Assembly (NCBI GenBank): GCA_016180575.1
Contig: JACPAY010000008.1
Coordinates: 14,234-78,233, forward strand
Direction of reading: 5' to 3'
DNA length: 64,000 nucleotides
From: Candidatus Omnitrophota bacterium
GTDB taxonomy: Bacteria; Omnitrophota; Gorgyraeia; Aquiviventales; Aquiviventaceae
Positions 37,779 through 46,009 of the stretch are shown in pieces. Below the pieces are notes generated by a model, which did no database searches, was not told the origin of the DNA, and saw only the letters and a list, made by a program, of their open reading frames with translations. A program made the position numbers and the translations under genes. Within the stretch, counting starts at the first letter, position 1. Every line of letters begins with the position of its first letter.

Positions 37779-38663
37779 ATGAGTTTGTCTGAGTCGAATA
37801 GGTTCGAAGCGAAGCTAGGGAAGAAAACGTTCTTAGTCACGATGGAGGTCAACCCGCCGAAGGGGACCGATCTCTCCGAGATCCTGAGCGCGGTGGCGCG
37901 GGTCAAGGGGCTCGTGGACGCCATCAATGTCACCGACGGCTCAGGCGCCATCATGCGCGCCTGTCCCCTGGCGGTGGCGAAGAGCGTGCTGGATGCCGGG
38001 GTGGACCCCATCTTCCAGATGACCTGCCGCGACCGCAACCGCCTCGCGCTGCAGGCGGACCTGCTCGGGGCCGCCATCCTCGGCATCCGGAACGTCCTCC
38101 TGCTCACCGGCGACGACCCGAAAGCCGGGGACCACCCCGACGCCAAGCCGGTCTTTGACATCAACTCCGCCGCGCTCATGCAGGCCGCGAAGGGGCTCGC
38201 CGAGGGCAAGGACATGGCCGGGAAGCCGCTCGCCGGCTCGCCGCAATTCTGCATCGGGGCGGCGGCCGATCCCGGGGCGAAGGACCTCGACGTGGAGCTG
38301 CAGAAGTTCCAGGCCAAGATCGGGGGCGGCGCCGCGTTCTTCCAGACGCAGGCGGTCTTCGATCCCGCGAAGCTGGCGGCCTTCATGGGCCGGGCCAAGC
38401 CGTTCGGCAAGCCGGTGCTGGCGGGGATCCTGCTCGTCAAATCGGCGAAGATGGCGCGCTACATGAACGACCACGTGTGGGGCATCCACGTCCCGGATGA
38501 CCTCATCGCGCGCTTCGAGCGCGCCGCGGACAAGCGGGCGGAGTGCGTGGCCGTGACGACCGAGCTCATCCGCGCCGTCCGGCAGTCGGCGGACGGCATC
38601 CATCTCTACGCCCTCGGCTGGGAGGACCTCGTGCCGGACATCCTGACGAAGGCGCTCGCATGA
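37779..38663 (+). CDS. metF: 5,10-methylenetetrahydrofolate reductase
   Basis: ORF 37779..38663. FLVTMEVNPPKG, AINVTDGSGA, FQMTCRDRNRLALQADLLGA, LLLTGDDP, FFQTQAVFD. Confidence 0.9.
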   Translation: MSLSESNRFEAKLGKKTFLVTMEVNPPKGTDLSEILSAVARVKGLVDAINVTDGSGAIMRACPLAVAKSVLDAGVDPIFQMTCRDRNRLALQADLLGAAILGIRNVLLLTGDDPKAGDHPDAKPVFDINSAALMQAAKGLAEGKDMAGKPLAGSPQFCIGAAADPGAKDLDVELQKFQAKIGGGAAFFQTQAVFDPAKLAAFMGRAKPFGKPVLAGILLVKSAKMARYMNDHVWGIHVPDDLIARFERAADKRAECVAVTTELIRAVRQSADGIHLYALGWEDLVPDILTKALA

Positions 38664-39808
38664 GCTCGGCGCTCACCACGGGACCCCTGCAGAAGACGGC
38701 GCTCCACGAGCGGCACCGGCAGCTCGGCGCCAAGATGACCGACTTCCACGGCTGGGACATGCCGCTCTACTACACGAGCATCCTCGAGGAGCACCAGGCG
38801 GTGCGCCAGGCCCTGGGGCTCTTCGACGTCTCCCACATGGGCCAGGTCCTCGTGACCGGTCCCGACGCGCGCGAGACGCTGAACCGGTGCCTGGTGAGCG
38901 ACCTCGCGCAGGTGGAGAGCGGGCGCGCCTGCTACACGCTCATGCTGAACCCGGAGGGCGGGATTCTGGACGACCTCATCGTCTACCGGCTCGGCGAGCA
39001 GGACTACCTGGTCATCGTCAACTGCGGCAACCGCGCAAGCGACGTCGCGTGGCTCAACGCCCACCGCGAGGGCCGCGCCACCGTCACCGACATCAGCCAG
39101 GGCCGCTCGATCGTCTCGGTCCAGGGGCCGCTGGCCTGCCGGGTGCTGGAGCAGATGCTGGACGCGAAGGTCGCCGGGCTCTCGCGGTTCGGCATCGCGC
39201 CCGTCCGCCACATGGGCCCTGAGGCATGCATCGCCCGCACGGGATACACGGGCGGCGACGGCTTTGAGCTGTTCCTCCCCGACGCCCACGCCAAGCGGCT
39301 GTGGGACGCCATCCTGAGCGCCGCCCAGCCGCTCGGCGCGCGTCCGGTCGGGCTCGGCGCGCGGGACACCCTGCGGGTCGAGGCGGGGCTGCGGCTCTAC
39401 GGGACCGACATGGACGCCTCGACCAGCCCCCTCGAGGCGGGCCTCGAGTGGACGGTGGCGGCCAACAAGCCGGACTTCATCGGCCGCGCGGCGCTGGCGC
39501 ACCAGCGCCTGCAGGGCCTCACGCGCCGGTTCGCCGGGTTCGAGCTCGCGCAGGGGCCGATCCCGCGCGGCGGGACCGCGCTGGAGGCGGGCGGGCGGAT
39601 CGTCGGCACGGTCACCAGCGGGACGTTCAGTCCGGTCCTGAACAAGCCGCTCGGCATGGGCTATGTGGAGCCGGCATGCGCGGCGCCGGGCGTTGCGCTC
39701 ACGATGACGGTCCGGAGCCAGCGGTACGCGGCGACCGTGGTCAAGCTGCCCTTTTGGAAAGGACAGGCGAAACAGCCCGCGATCCCCAACCTGGAGCGCA
39801 CAACGTGA
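38660..39808 (+). CDS. gcvT: Glycine cleavage system aminomethyltransferase (T protein)
   Basis: In-frame ATG at 38660 with an ATGA overlap. LHERHRQLGAKMTDFHGWDMPLYY, LFDVSHMG, ARTGYTGGDGFEL, GLGARDTLRVEAG. Confidence 0.95.
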   Translation: MSSALTTGPLQKTALHERHRQLGAKMTDFHGWDMPLYYTSILEEHQAVRQALGLFDVSHMGQVLVTGPDARETLNRCLVSDLAQVESGRACYTLMLNPEGGILDDLIVYRLGEQDYLVIVNCGNRASDVAWLNAHREGRATVTDISQGRSIVSVQGPLACRVLEQMLDAKVAGLSRFGIAPVRHMGPEACIARTGYTGGDGFELFLPDAHAKRLWDAILSAAQPLGARPVGLGARDTLRVEAGLRLYGTDMDASTSPLEAGLEWTVAANKPDFIGRAALAHQRLQGLTRRFAGFELAQGPIPRGGTALEAGGRIVGTVTSGTFSPVLNKPLGMGYVEPACAAPGVALTMTVRSQRYAATVVKLPFWKGQAKQPAIPNLERTT

Positions 39809-40188
39809 TGCAGGTCCCTGCGGAGTTGCGGTACACCAAGACGCACGAGTGGATGAAGCGCGAGGCCAGCGAGGCGGTCGTCGGCATCACGGCCCACGCG
39901 CAGGAGGAGCTGCGGGACGTGGTGTTCGTGGAGCTGCCGAAGGTCGGCAAGGCGGTGAAGCAGGGAGAGCCGGCGGCGGTCATCGAGTCGGTCAAGGCCG
40001 CGTTCGACATCTACGCCCCGGTCTCCGGCACCGTGACCCGCGTCAACGAGGCGGTGGCGAAAACGCCCCAGCTCGTCAACCAGGATTGCTATGGGGCCGG
40101 GTGGCTCTTTGCCCTCGCCCCGAGCGCGCCGGCGGAGGCGTCGTCGCTGCTCTCGTCAGAGGCATATGCAAAACAGGTCCAGGCGTAA
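39808..40188 (+). CDS. gcvH: Glycine cleavage system H protein
   Basis: In-frame ATG at 39808. LRYTKTHEWM, lipoyl-lysine motif IESVKAAFDIYAPVSG. Confidence 0.95.
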   Translation: MQVPAELRYTKTHEWMKREASEAVVGITAHAQEELRDVVFVELPKVGKAVKQGEPAAVIESVKAAFDIYAPVSGTVTRVNEAVAKTPQLVNQDCYGAGWLFALAPSAPAEASSLLSSEAYAKQVQA

Positions 40189-40199
40189 GTCGGCGAATA

Positions 40200-40262
40200 T
40201 CCCGGGGACACGTCCATTTTCCCGTCCTCGGCCGAGAGGAAAATAGACGCGTCCCCGCATCG
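40200..40262 (+). repeat. Family-1 hairpin repeat, copy d (forward, divergent right end)
   Basis: TCCCGGGGACACGTCCATTTTCC-loop-GGAAAATAGACGCGTCCCCGCATCG. Ends 1 nt before the gcvPA ATG. Confidence 0.75.
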
Positions 40263-40263
40263 A

Positions 40264-41607
40264 ATGGATTACGCCCCGAACACCGACGCCCAGCTGCAGG
40301 AGATGCTCCGCGCCATCGGCGTGGGTTCGTTCGAATCGCTCATCAGCACGGTGCCGGCGGAGCTTCACGCGCGCGCGCTCGAGGTGCCGTCGGGATTGGC
40401 CGAATCGGAGGTGATCGCGCTCGGCGAGGAGCTGGCCGGGCGCAACCGCGCGCTCACCGAGGTCGTCTCGTTCCTCGGGGCGGGCTGCTATGCGCACCTC
40501 ATCCCGACGGTGGTGGATGCCCTCGCCTCCCGCGGCGAATGGCTGACGCCCTACACCCCCTATCAGGCCGAGGCGAGCCAGGGGACGCTGCAGGCGATCT
40601 ATGAGTTCCAGACGATGGTGTGCGAGCTCTTCCAGATGGACGTCGCCAACGCCTCGCTCTATGACGGCGCCTCCAGCGTCGCGGAGGCGGCGCTGCTGGC
40701 GCTCCGGACGACCGAGCGGTCCCGCATCCTGGTCTCCGAGGCGGTGCATCCGCACGCCCGCGAGACGCTGGCGACCTACCTGATCGGCTCAACGGCCACC
40801 GTGCAGGAGATCCCCACGGTCAACGGGGTCACGGACCTCGAGGCGCTCGGCAAGGCGCTGCGGGACGACGTGGCGTGCGTGATCCTGCAGCAGCCGAACG
40901 TGTTCGGCTGCCTCGAGCCGATGGGGCAGGCGGGCGAGCTGGCGCACCGCGTCGGGGGGCTCTTCATCGCGTCGGTCTACCCGATCAGCCTGGGGCTGCT
41001 CCAGCCGCCCGGCGCCTACGGCGCGGACATCGCGGTCGCCGAGGGCCGCTGCCTCGGCAGTCCCCCGGCCTACGGCGGGCCGGGCCTCGGGCTCTTCACG
41101 ACGACGAGCGCGCTGCTGCGCAAGGTGCCGGGCCGCCTCGCCGGCTGCACCGTGGACCAGGCCGGGCGGCGCGCGTTCACCCTGACGCTGCAGACGCGCG
41201 AGCAGCACATCCGGCGGGAGCGGGCGACCTCGAACATCTGCACGAACGAAGGGTGGCTCGCCCTGCGGGCCACCATCTTCCTGAGCCTGCTCGGCCCCAG
41301 GGGGATGCAGGAGCTGGCCCGGCTCAACCTCGAGAAGGCGCGCTACGCCCGCGAGCGGCTGCGGGAGATCCCGTGGATTTCGCCGGCGTTCGACCAACCA
41401 GTGTTCAATGAGTTCACGCTCCAGTTCGATGCGGCGCATCCGGTGGAGGCGGTCAACCGGCGGCTGGCCGCCGCGGGCTTCGCAGGCGGGTTTCCGCTCG
41501 CCGAGTGGTACCCGGCGATGCCGCAGGGCTCGCTCTGGTGCGTGACGGAGCTCATCAGCAAGGCCTCCATCGACCGGCTCATCGAGGTCTTGAAGCGGGT
41601 GGGGTGA
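40264..41607 (+). CDS. gcvPA: Glycine dehydrogenase (decarboxylating) subunit 1
   Basis: ORF 40264..41607, 447 aa. FLGAGCYAH, TPYTPYQAEASQG, REQHIRRERATSNICTNE. Confidence 0.95.
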   Translation: MDYAPNTDAQLQEMLRAIGVGSFESLISTVPAELHARALEVPSGLAESEVIALGEELAGRNRALTEVVSFLGAGCYAHLIPTVVDALASRGEWLTPYTPYQAEASQGTLQAIYEFQTMVCELFQMDVANASLYDGASSVAEAALLALRTTERSRILVSEAVHPHARETLATYLIGSTATVQEIPTVNGVTDLEALGKALRDDVACVILQQPNVFGCLEPMGQAGELAHRVGGLFIASVYPISLGLLQPPGAYGADIAVAEGRCLGSPPAYGGPGLGLFTTTSALLRKVPGRLAGCTVDQAGRRAFTLTLQTREQHIRRERATSNICTNEGWLALRATIFLSLLGPRGMQELARLNLEKARYARERLREIPWISPAFDQPVFNEFTLQFDAAHPVEAVNRRLAAAGFAGGFPLAEWYPAMPQGSLWCVTELISKASIDRLIEVLKRVG

Positions 41608-43112
41608 TGTCCATGTCGGGTCCCCTTATTTTCGAGCGGTCCGTCCCGGGACGGCGCGGCTACGTCCTGCCTCCGGGCGATGTGCCCGCTGTGCCCGCCG
41701 CTGACGCGCTGCCCGAGGACCAGCTGCGCGCGATCCCTCCGCGCCTGCCCGAGGTCGCGGAGTTCGACGCGGTGCGGCACTACACCCGGCTCTCGCAGGC
41801 CAACTTCTCCGTCGACACCCACTTCTACCCGCTGGGCTCCTGCACGATGAAGTACAACCCGAAGCTCAATGAGCGCATCGCGGCGCTCCCAGGCTTTGCC
41901 TGGCTGCATCCGCTGCAGCCGGCCTCCCAGGTGCAGGGCATCCTGCAGCTCCTCCATGAGCTGGAACAGCTCCTCTGCGCGGTGACCGGCATGGCCGCGT
42001 TCACGCTGCAGCCCGCGGCGGGCGCCCAGGGCGAGCTGACCGGGCTCAAGATCATCGCGGCCTATCACAGGCGCCGCCGGGCGCGGTCCACGATCCTGAT
42101 CCCCGACTCGGCTCATGGGACCAACCCCGCCTCGGCGGCGCTGTCCGGCTTCACCGTGGTCCAGGTCAAGTCCGGGCCGGACGGGCTCATCGACCTGCAG
42201 GAGCTGCGGCGCAAGCTGACGAAGGACGTCGCCGCCCTGATGCTCACCAACCCGAACACGCTGGGGCTCTTCGAGCGGGAGATCAAGACCATCGCAGCGC
42301 TCCTGCACGAGCAGGGGGCGCTGGTCTACATGGACGGCGCGAACATGAACGCGCTGCTCGGCATCTCGCGCCCCGGCGACATGGGGGTGGACCTGCTGCA
42401 ACTGAATCTCCACAAGACGTTCTCCACGCCGCACGGCGGCGGCGGGCCCGGGGCTGGCCCGGTGGGGGTCACAAAGGCGCTGGAGGAGTTCCTGCCGGTG
42501 CCCCGCGTGCGGAAGACGGGCGCCCGGTTCCGGTGGGAGACGCGGGGCCGCGCGACGGTCGGCCGCGTCCACGGGTTTTACGGCAACGTCGGGGTGCTGG
42601 TCCGGGCGTACGCGTACATCCGCACCCTCGGCCGCGAGGGGCTCGCGCGGGCGAGCCGTACCGCGATCATCAACGCGAACTACCTCAAGGCCAAGCTGCA
42701 GGAGGCGTTCCCGGTGCCGTTTGACGACCACTGCATGCACGAGTTCGTCGTGACGCTCAAACCGCTCCTGGCGCATGGCGTCAGCGCCGGGGACGTGGCG
42801 AAGCGGCTGCTCGATTACGGGCACTACGCGCCGACGGTGTACTTCCCGCTCATCGTCGAGGAGGCGCTGATGATCGAGCCGACCGAGACGGAGTCGAGGG
42901 AGACGCTGGACGAGTTCGCCAAGGCGCTCGTCGCCATCGCCCACGAGGCGCAGCACAACCCGGAGCTGGTGCGGCGCGCCCCCCAGCGCATGGTGGTGGA
43001 CCGCGTGGACGAGGTGAAGGCCGCGCGCGAGCCCAACTTACGCTATCACGCCAGTCCCGGGACCGCTTCGGCGCTCCACGCGAGTCCCGGGGACAGGTCC
43101 ATTTTTCCATGA
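41607..43112 (+). CDS. gcvPB: Glycine dehydrogenase (decarboxylating) subunit 2
   Basis: In-frame ATG at 41607. YPLGSCTMKYNP; PLP-lysine context NLHKTFSTPHGGGGPG. The C-terminal ~20 codons run into repeat copy e. Confidence 0.94.
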   Translation: MSMSGPLIFERSVPGRRGYVLPPGDVPAVPAADALPEDQLRAIPPRLPEVAEFDAVRHYTRLSQANFSVDTHFYPLGSCTMKYNPKLNERIAALPGFAWLHPLQPASQVQGILQLLHELEQLLCAVTGMAAFTLQPAAGAQGELTGLKIIAAYHRRRRARSTILIPDSAHGTNPASAALSGFTVVQVKSGPDGLIDLQELRRKLTKDVAALMLTNPNTLGLFEREIKTIAALLHEQGALVYMDGANMNALLGISRPGDMGVDLLQLNLHKTFSTPHGGGGPGAGPVGVTKALEEFLPVPRVRKTGARFRWETRGRATVGRVHGFYGNVGVLVRAYAYIRTLGREGLARASRTAIINANYLKAKLQEAFPVPFDDHCMHEFVVTLKPLLAHGVSAGDVAKRLLDYGHYAPTVYFPLIVEEALMIEPTETESRETLDEFAKALVAIAHEAQHNPELVRRAPQRMVVDRVDEVKAAREPNLRYHASPGTASALHASPGDRSIFP

Positions 43113-43150
43113 CGAGACAATGGGAAAAATAGACCAGTCCTCCTCATTTG
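43054..43150 (+). repeat. Family-1 hairpin repeat, half copy plus copy e (forward)
   Basis: GTCCCGGGACCGCTTCGG (half, from 43054), then GTCCCGGGGACAGGTCCATTTTTCC-loop-GGAAAAATAGACCAGTCCTCCTCATTTG (43084-43150). Confidence 0.8.
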
Positions 43151-43845
43151 TGTGGCGCATCTTCATCGATGGACCGCGCCCCGCCGCCGAGCAGATGGCG
43201 CGCGATGAGGCGCTGGCGCAGACGCCCGTCCCGACGGCGCGGCTCTACCGGTGGGCGCCGCCGGCCATCTCGCTGGGCTGGAAGCAGCCGCGCCCCGAGT
43301 GGTGCGAGCCGGCTCGGTGGACCGCGGCGGGGCTCGAAGCCGTCGAGCGGCCCACCGGCGGCGGGATCGCCGTCCACGGCAGCGACGTCTCCATCGGGGT
43401 GGTCGTTCCGCGCGCCGCGGGGTGCCATCTCGACACGCTGATGAGCGCGGTCTGCGGGAGTGCGGCCGAGCTGTGCCGGGCGTATGGGGTTGCGGCCTCC
43501 ACCTTGCTGGACGCGCCGGCTGACGGGCGGGTGACCTGCTGCCTCGCGGAGCCCAGCCCCTATGCGGTGCTGGTGGGCGGGAGGAAAGTGGCTGGCTTCG
43601 CCCTCCGGCGCTACCCCTGGGCATGGCTCATCCAGGGCTCGCTGCTGGTGCGGCCGATCCCAGAGGGGCTGGCGCGCGCCATGCCGTCGGAGGCGATCCG
43701 TGAGTTGGAGACGCGGGCCGTCTCGCTGGCCGAAGCGGCCGGGGAGACGGTGACAGAGCAAGAGGCGGCCGAGCGGTGGGCCGCCCACTGGGCCTCGTGG
43801 TGGGAGGCGCCGGCCCGAGGGGCGCTCGTGCACGATGCGATGTGA
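43120..43845 (+). CDS. Lipoate-protein ligase / octanoyltransferase family protein (BPL_LplA_LipB domain)
   Basis: ORF 43120..43845. RLYRWAPPAISLGW.Q, ERPTGGGIAVHG, GRKVAGFALRR. GTG at 43150, just past the repeat, is an alternative start. Adjacent to the gcv genes. Confidence 0.72.
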   Translation: MGKIDQSSSFVWRIFIDGPRPAAEQMARDEALAQTPVPTARLYRWAPPAISLGWKQPRPEWCEPARWTAAGLEAVERPTGGGIAVHGSDVSIGVVVPRAAGCHLDTLMSAVCGSAAELCRAYGVAASTLLDAPADGRVTCCLAEPSPYAVLVGGRKVAGFALRRYPWAWLIQGSLLVRPIPEGLARAMPSEAIRELETRAVSLAEAAGETVTEQEAAERWAAHWASWWEAPARGALVHDAM

Positions 43846-44002
43846 CACCTGCAAGCAGGAGAGCGCCGTTGTGATGCGGGTGGTCATCGCCAAGGACTAC
43901 AACCGCAGCATGAGCCGGCCGATCTTCAACTGCCCGTCATGTTTTGACCAGAAGGAGCAATCCAAGGACCGCGCAACCAAGAGGAGGACGTCGCCCGCAT
44001 GA
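43835..44002 (+). CDS. Small zinc-ribbon protein, 55 aa (below the ORF-track cutoff)
   Basis: MRCDTCKQESAVVMRVVIAKDYNRSMSRPIFNCPSCFDQKEQSKDRATKRRTSPA. Has CxxC...CxxC. It overlaps the upstream stop and makes an ATGA overlap with the downstream start. Confidence 0.5.
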   Translation: MRCDTCKQESAVVMRVVIAKDYNRSMSRPIFNCPSCFDQKEQSKDRATKRRTSPA

Positions 44003-44994
44003 TCACCACACTCGTCGGCAGCTACCCCAAGGTCGCTGAAGGCGCCTATTCAACCAAGCTCATCGGCGCCATCACGAAGTGGCAGCGCCAGGAAGTGACC
44101 GATGACCAACTGGAGGAGACCTGCCAGGAGATCACCACGGCGGTCATCCGGGAGCAGGAGCAGGCCGGGGTGGACCTGGTCACGGACGGCCAGATCCGCT
44201 GGGAAGACCTGGTGACGCCGATCGCACGGGGGCTGGAGGGCTTTGAGATCAACGGCCTCTCCCGCTGGTTCAACAACAATGTCTACTACCGCCGGCCCAT
44301 CCTGCACAAGGCCCCGGCGCGTCGGCGGCCGATCCTCGCGGACCAGTACCGGTTCGCGGCGCGCGCCGCGACCAGGCCGGTCAAGGCCATCCTGCCGGGC
44401 CCCTACACCTTCGCGGCGCTCTGCGAGGACCGGCATTACAACTCGTTCCGGCGGTTCGCCCTGAAGATGGCCGAGCTCCTGCACGCCGAGGCGCAGGACC
44501 TGGTCAAGGCCGGGGCCCCGCTCGTCCAGTTCGACGAGCCCGCGGTCGGCTTCGGGAAGACCGACCTGAAGCTGGCGGTCGAGGCGCTCGGCGTCGCGGC
44601 GCGCGGGTTGAAGGCGAAGACCGCCGTCTACACGTACTTCGGCTCGCTCGACGGCGGGCTGGCGGCCCTGCAGCGCGCCCCGGTCGATGTGATCGGCCTC
44701 GACGTCGTCTCGGATCCCAAGACGCTGGCGGCGCTGAAGCGGGTGAAGCTCACCAAGGAGATCGCCCTCGGCTGCCTGGACGCGCGGAACACCAAGCTCG
44801 AATCGGTGACCGAGCTGCACGCCCTGTTCGCCGTGGCGGCGAAGCGGGTGCCGCTGGACCGCCTCTACGTCAATCCGAACTGCGGGCTCGAATTCCTGCC
44901 GCACCGCCAGGCGCTTGCCAAGGTCAAGCGGCTGGTCGAGGCGGTGCGCAGCTTCAAACGCGGTATCAGATACCAATCGAAGATTGGTATCTGA
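43999..44994 (+). CDS. MetE-like (cobalamin-independent methionine synthase family) barrel protein lacking the full Zn-ligand set
   Basis: ORF 43999..44994. LVGSYPK, DGQIRWEDLV, ILPGPYTFA, NPNCGLEF. The H-x-C site is replaced (AVYTYFGS). Confidence 0.7.
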   Translation: MITTLVGSYPKVAEGAYSTKLIGAITKWQRQEVTDDQLEETCQEITTAVIREQEQAGVDLVTDGQIRWEDLVTPIARGLEGFEINGLSRWFNNNVYYRRPILHKAPARRRPILADQYRFAARAATRPVKAILPGPYTFAALCEDRHYNSFRRFALKMAELLHAEAQDLVKAGAPLVQFDEPAVGFGKTDLKLAVEALGVAARGLKAKTAVYTYFGSLDGGLAALQRAPVDVIGLDVVSDPKTLAALKRVKLTKEIALGCLDARNTKLESVTELHALFAVAAKRVPLDRLYVNPNCGLEFLPHRQALAKVKRLVEAVRSFKRGIRYQSKIGI

Positions 44995-44999
44995 TACCG
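44961..44999 (+). repeat. Perfect 18-bp inverted repeat (3-nt loop) containing two GGTATCnGATACC palindromes
   Basis: CGGTATCAGATACCAATC-GAA-GATTGGTATCTGATACCG. The upstream stop codon TGA (44992-44994) lies in the second palindrome. SD AAGAGGAGGA follows. Confidence 0.9.
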
Positions 45000-45013
45000 A
45001 AAGAGGAGGACCC

Positions 45014-46009
45014 ATGTTGTTGACGACGTCTGTCGGCAGCCTGCCCAAGCCGGACTACCTGACCAAGGCGCGGTCGCAGGCGCGCAAAGGCGAAATGGAT
45101 GCGAAGCGGCTCCGCGCGCTCGAGGAGCAGGCGACCCGCGAGTGGATCGCGATCCAGGAAGGGCTGGGCCTCGACGTCCTGGTGGACGGCGAGCAGTACC
45201 GCGGCGACATGGTCGCCTACTTCGCCGAGCACCTCGCCGGGTTCGCGCAGAGCGAGCTGGTGCGCTCCTATGGCAACCGGTACTACCGCAAACCCATCAT
45301 CACCAGCCGGATTGCGCGGCCGCGGCCGATCACGGTCGAGTGGTGGCGGTTCGCCCAGGCCCTGACGACGCGGCCGGTGAAGGGAATGCTCACCGGCCCC
45401 TACACGATCATGGACTGGTCGTTCAACGAGCACTACCCCTCACGCCGGGCAGCGACCTTGGCGATCGCCCAGGTGGTCCGCGAGGAGGCCAGGGACCTCG
45501 AGCGCGCCGGGGCGCAGTACGTCCAGGTGGATGAGCCGGCCATCTCGACGCGCCCGGAGGAGATGGACCTCGCCATCGAAGCGCTCGGCATCGTCACGCG
45601 GGGCCTGCGGGCGAAGACCATCACGCACATCTGCTACGGCGACTTCAAGACGATCGGGCCGAAGCTCCACCGGCTGCCGGTGGACCAGATCGACCTGGAG
45701 TTCGCCAACCGCAACTTCGAGCTGCTCGACTTCTTCAAGGGCCGGCGGTTTCCGAAGGAGATCGGGCTCGGGGTGGTGGACGTGCACAGCCACCGCGCGG
45801 AGTCGAGGGACGAGGTCGTCGAGGGCTTGCGCAAGGCGCTCACGGTCTTCCGCCCGGAGCAGCTCATGGTGGATCCGGACTGCGGCCTCAAGACGCGCAC
45901 ACCGGAGGAGGCCATCGCGAAGCTGCGGGTGGTCGTCGAGGCGACCCGCGAGGTCCGCGAGGCGCTCGGCAATGGACGCGGAACCGGCGCGAAGAGGGCG
46001 AAACGGTGA
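45014..46009 (+). CDS. MetE-like catalytic-domain protein (Zn ligands present)
   Basis: In-frame ATG at 45014 after AAGAGGAGGA. VGSLPKPDYL, LVDGEQYRGDMV, MLTGPYTIMDWSF, THICYGDF, VDPDCGLKTR. Confidence 0.8.
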   Translation: MLLTTSVGSLPKPDYLTKARSQARKGEMDAKRLRALEEQATREWIAIQEGLGLDVLVDGEQYRGDMVAYFAEHLAGFAQSELVRSYGNRYYRKPIITSRIARPRPITVEWWRFAQALTTRPVKGMLTGPYTIMDWSFNEHYPSRRAATLAIAQVVREEARDLERAGAQYVQVDEPAISTRPEEMDLAIEALGIVTRGLRAKTITHICYGDFKTIGPKLHRLPVDQIDLEFANRNFELLDFFKGRRFPKEIGLGVVDVHSHRAESRDEVVEGLRKALTVFRPEQLMVDPDCGLKTRTPEEAIAKLRVVVEATREVREALGNGRGTGAKRAKR

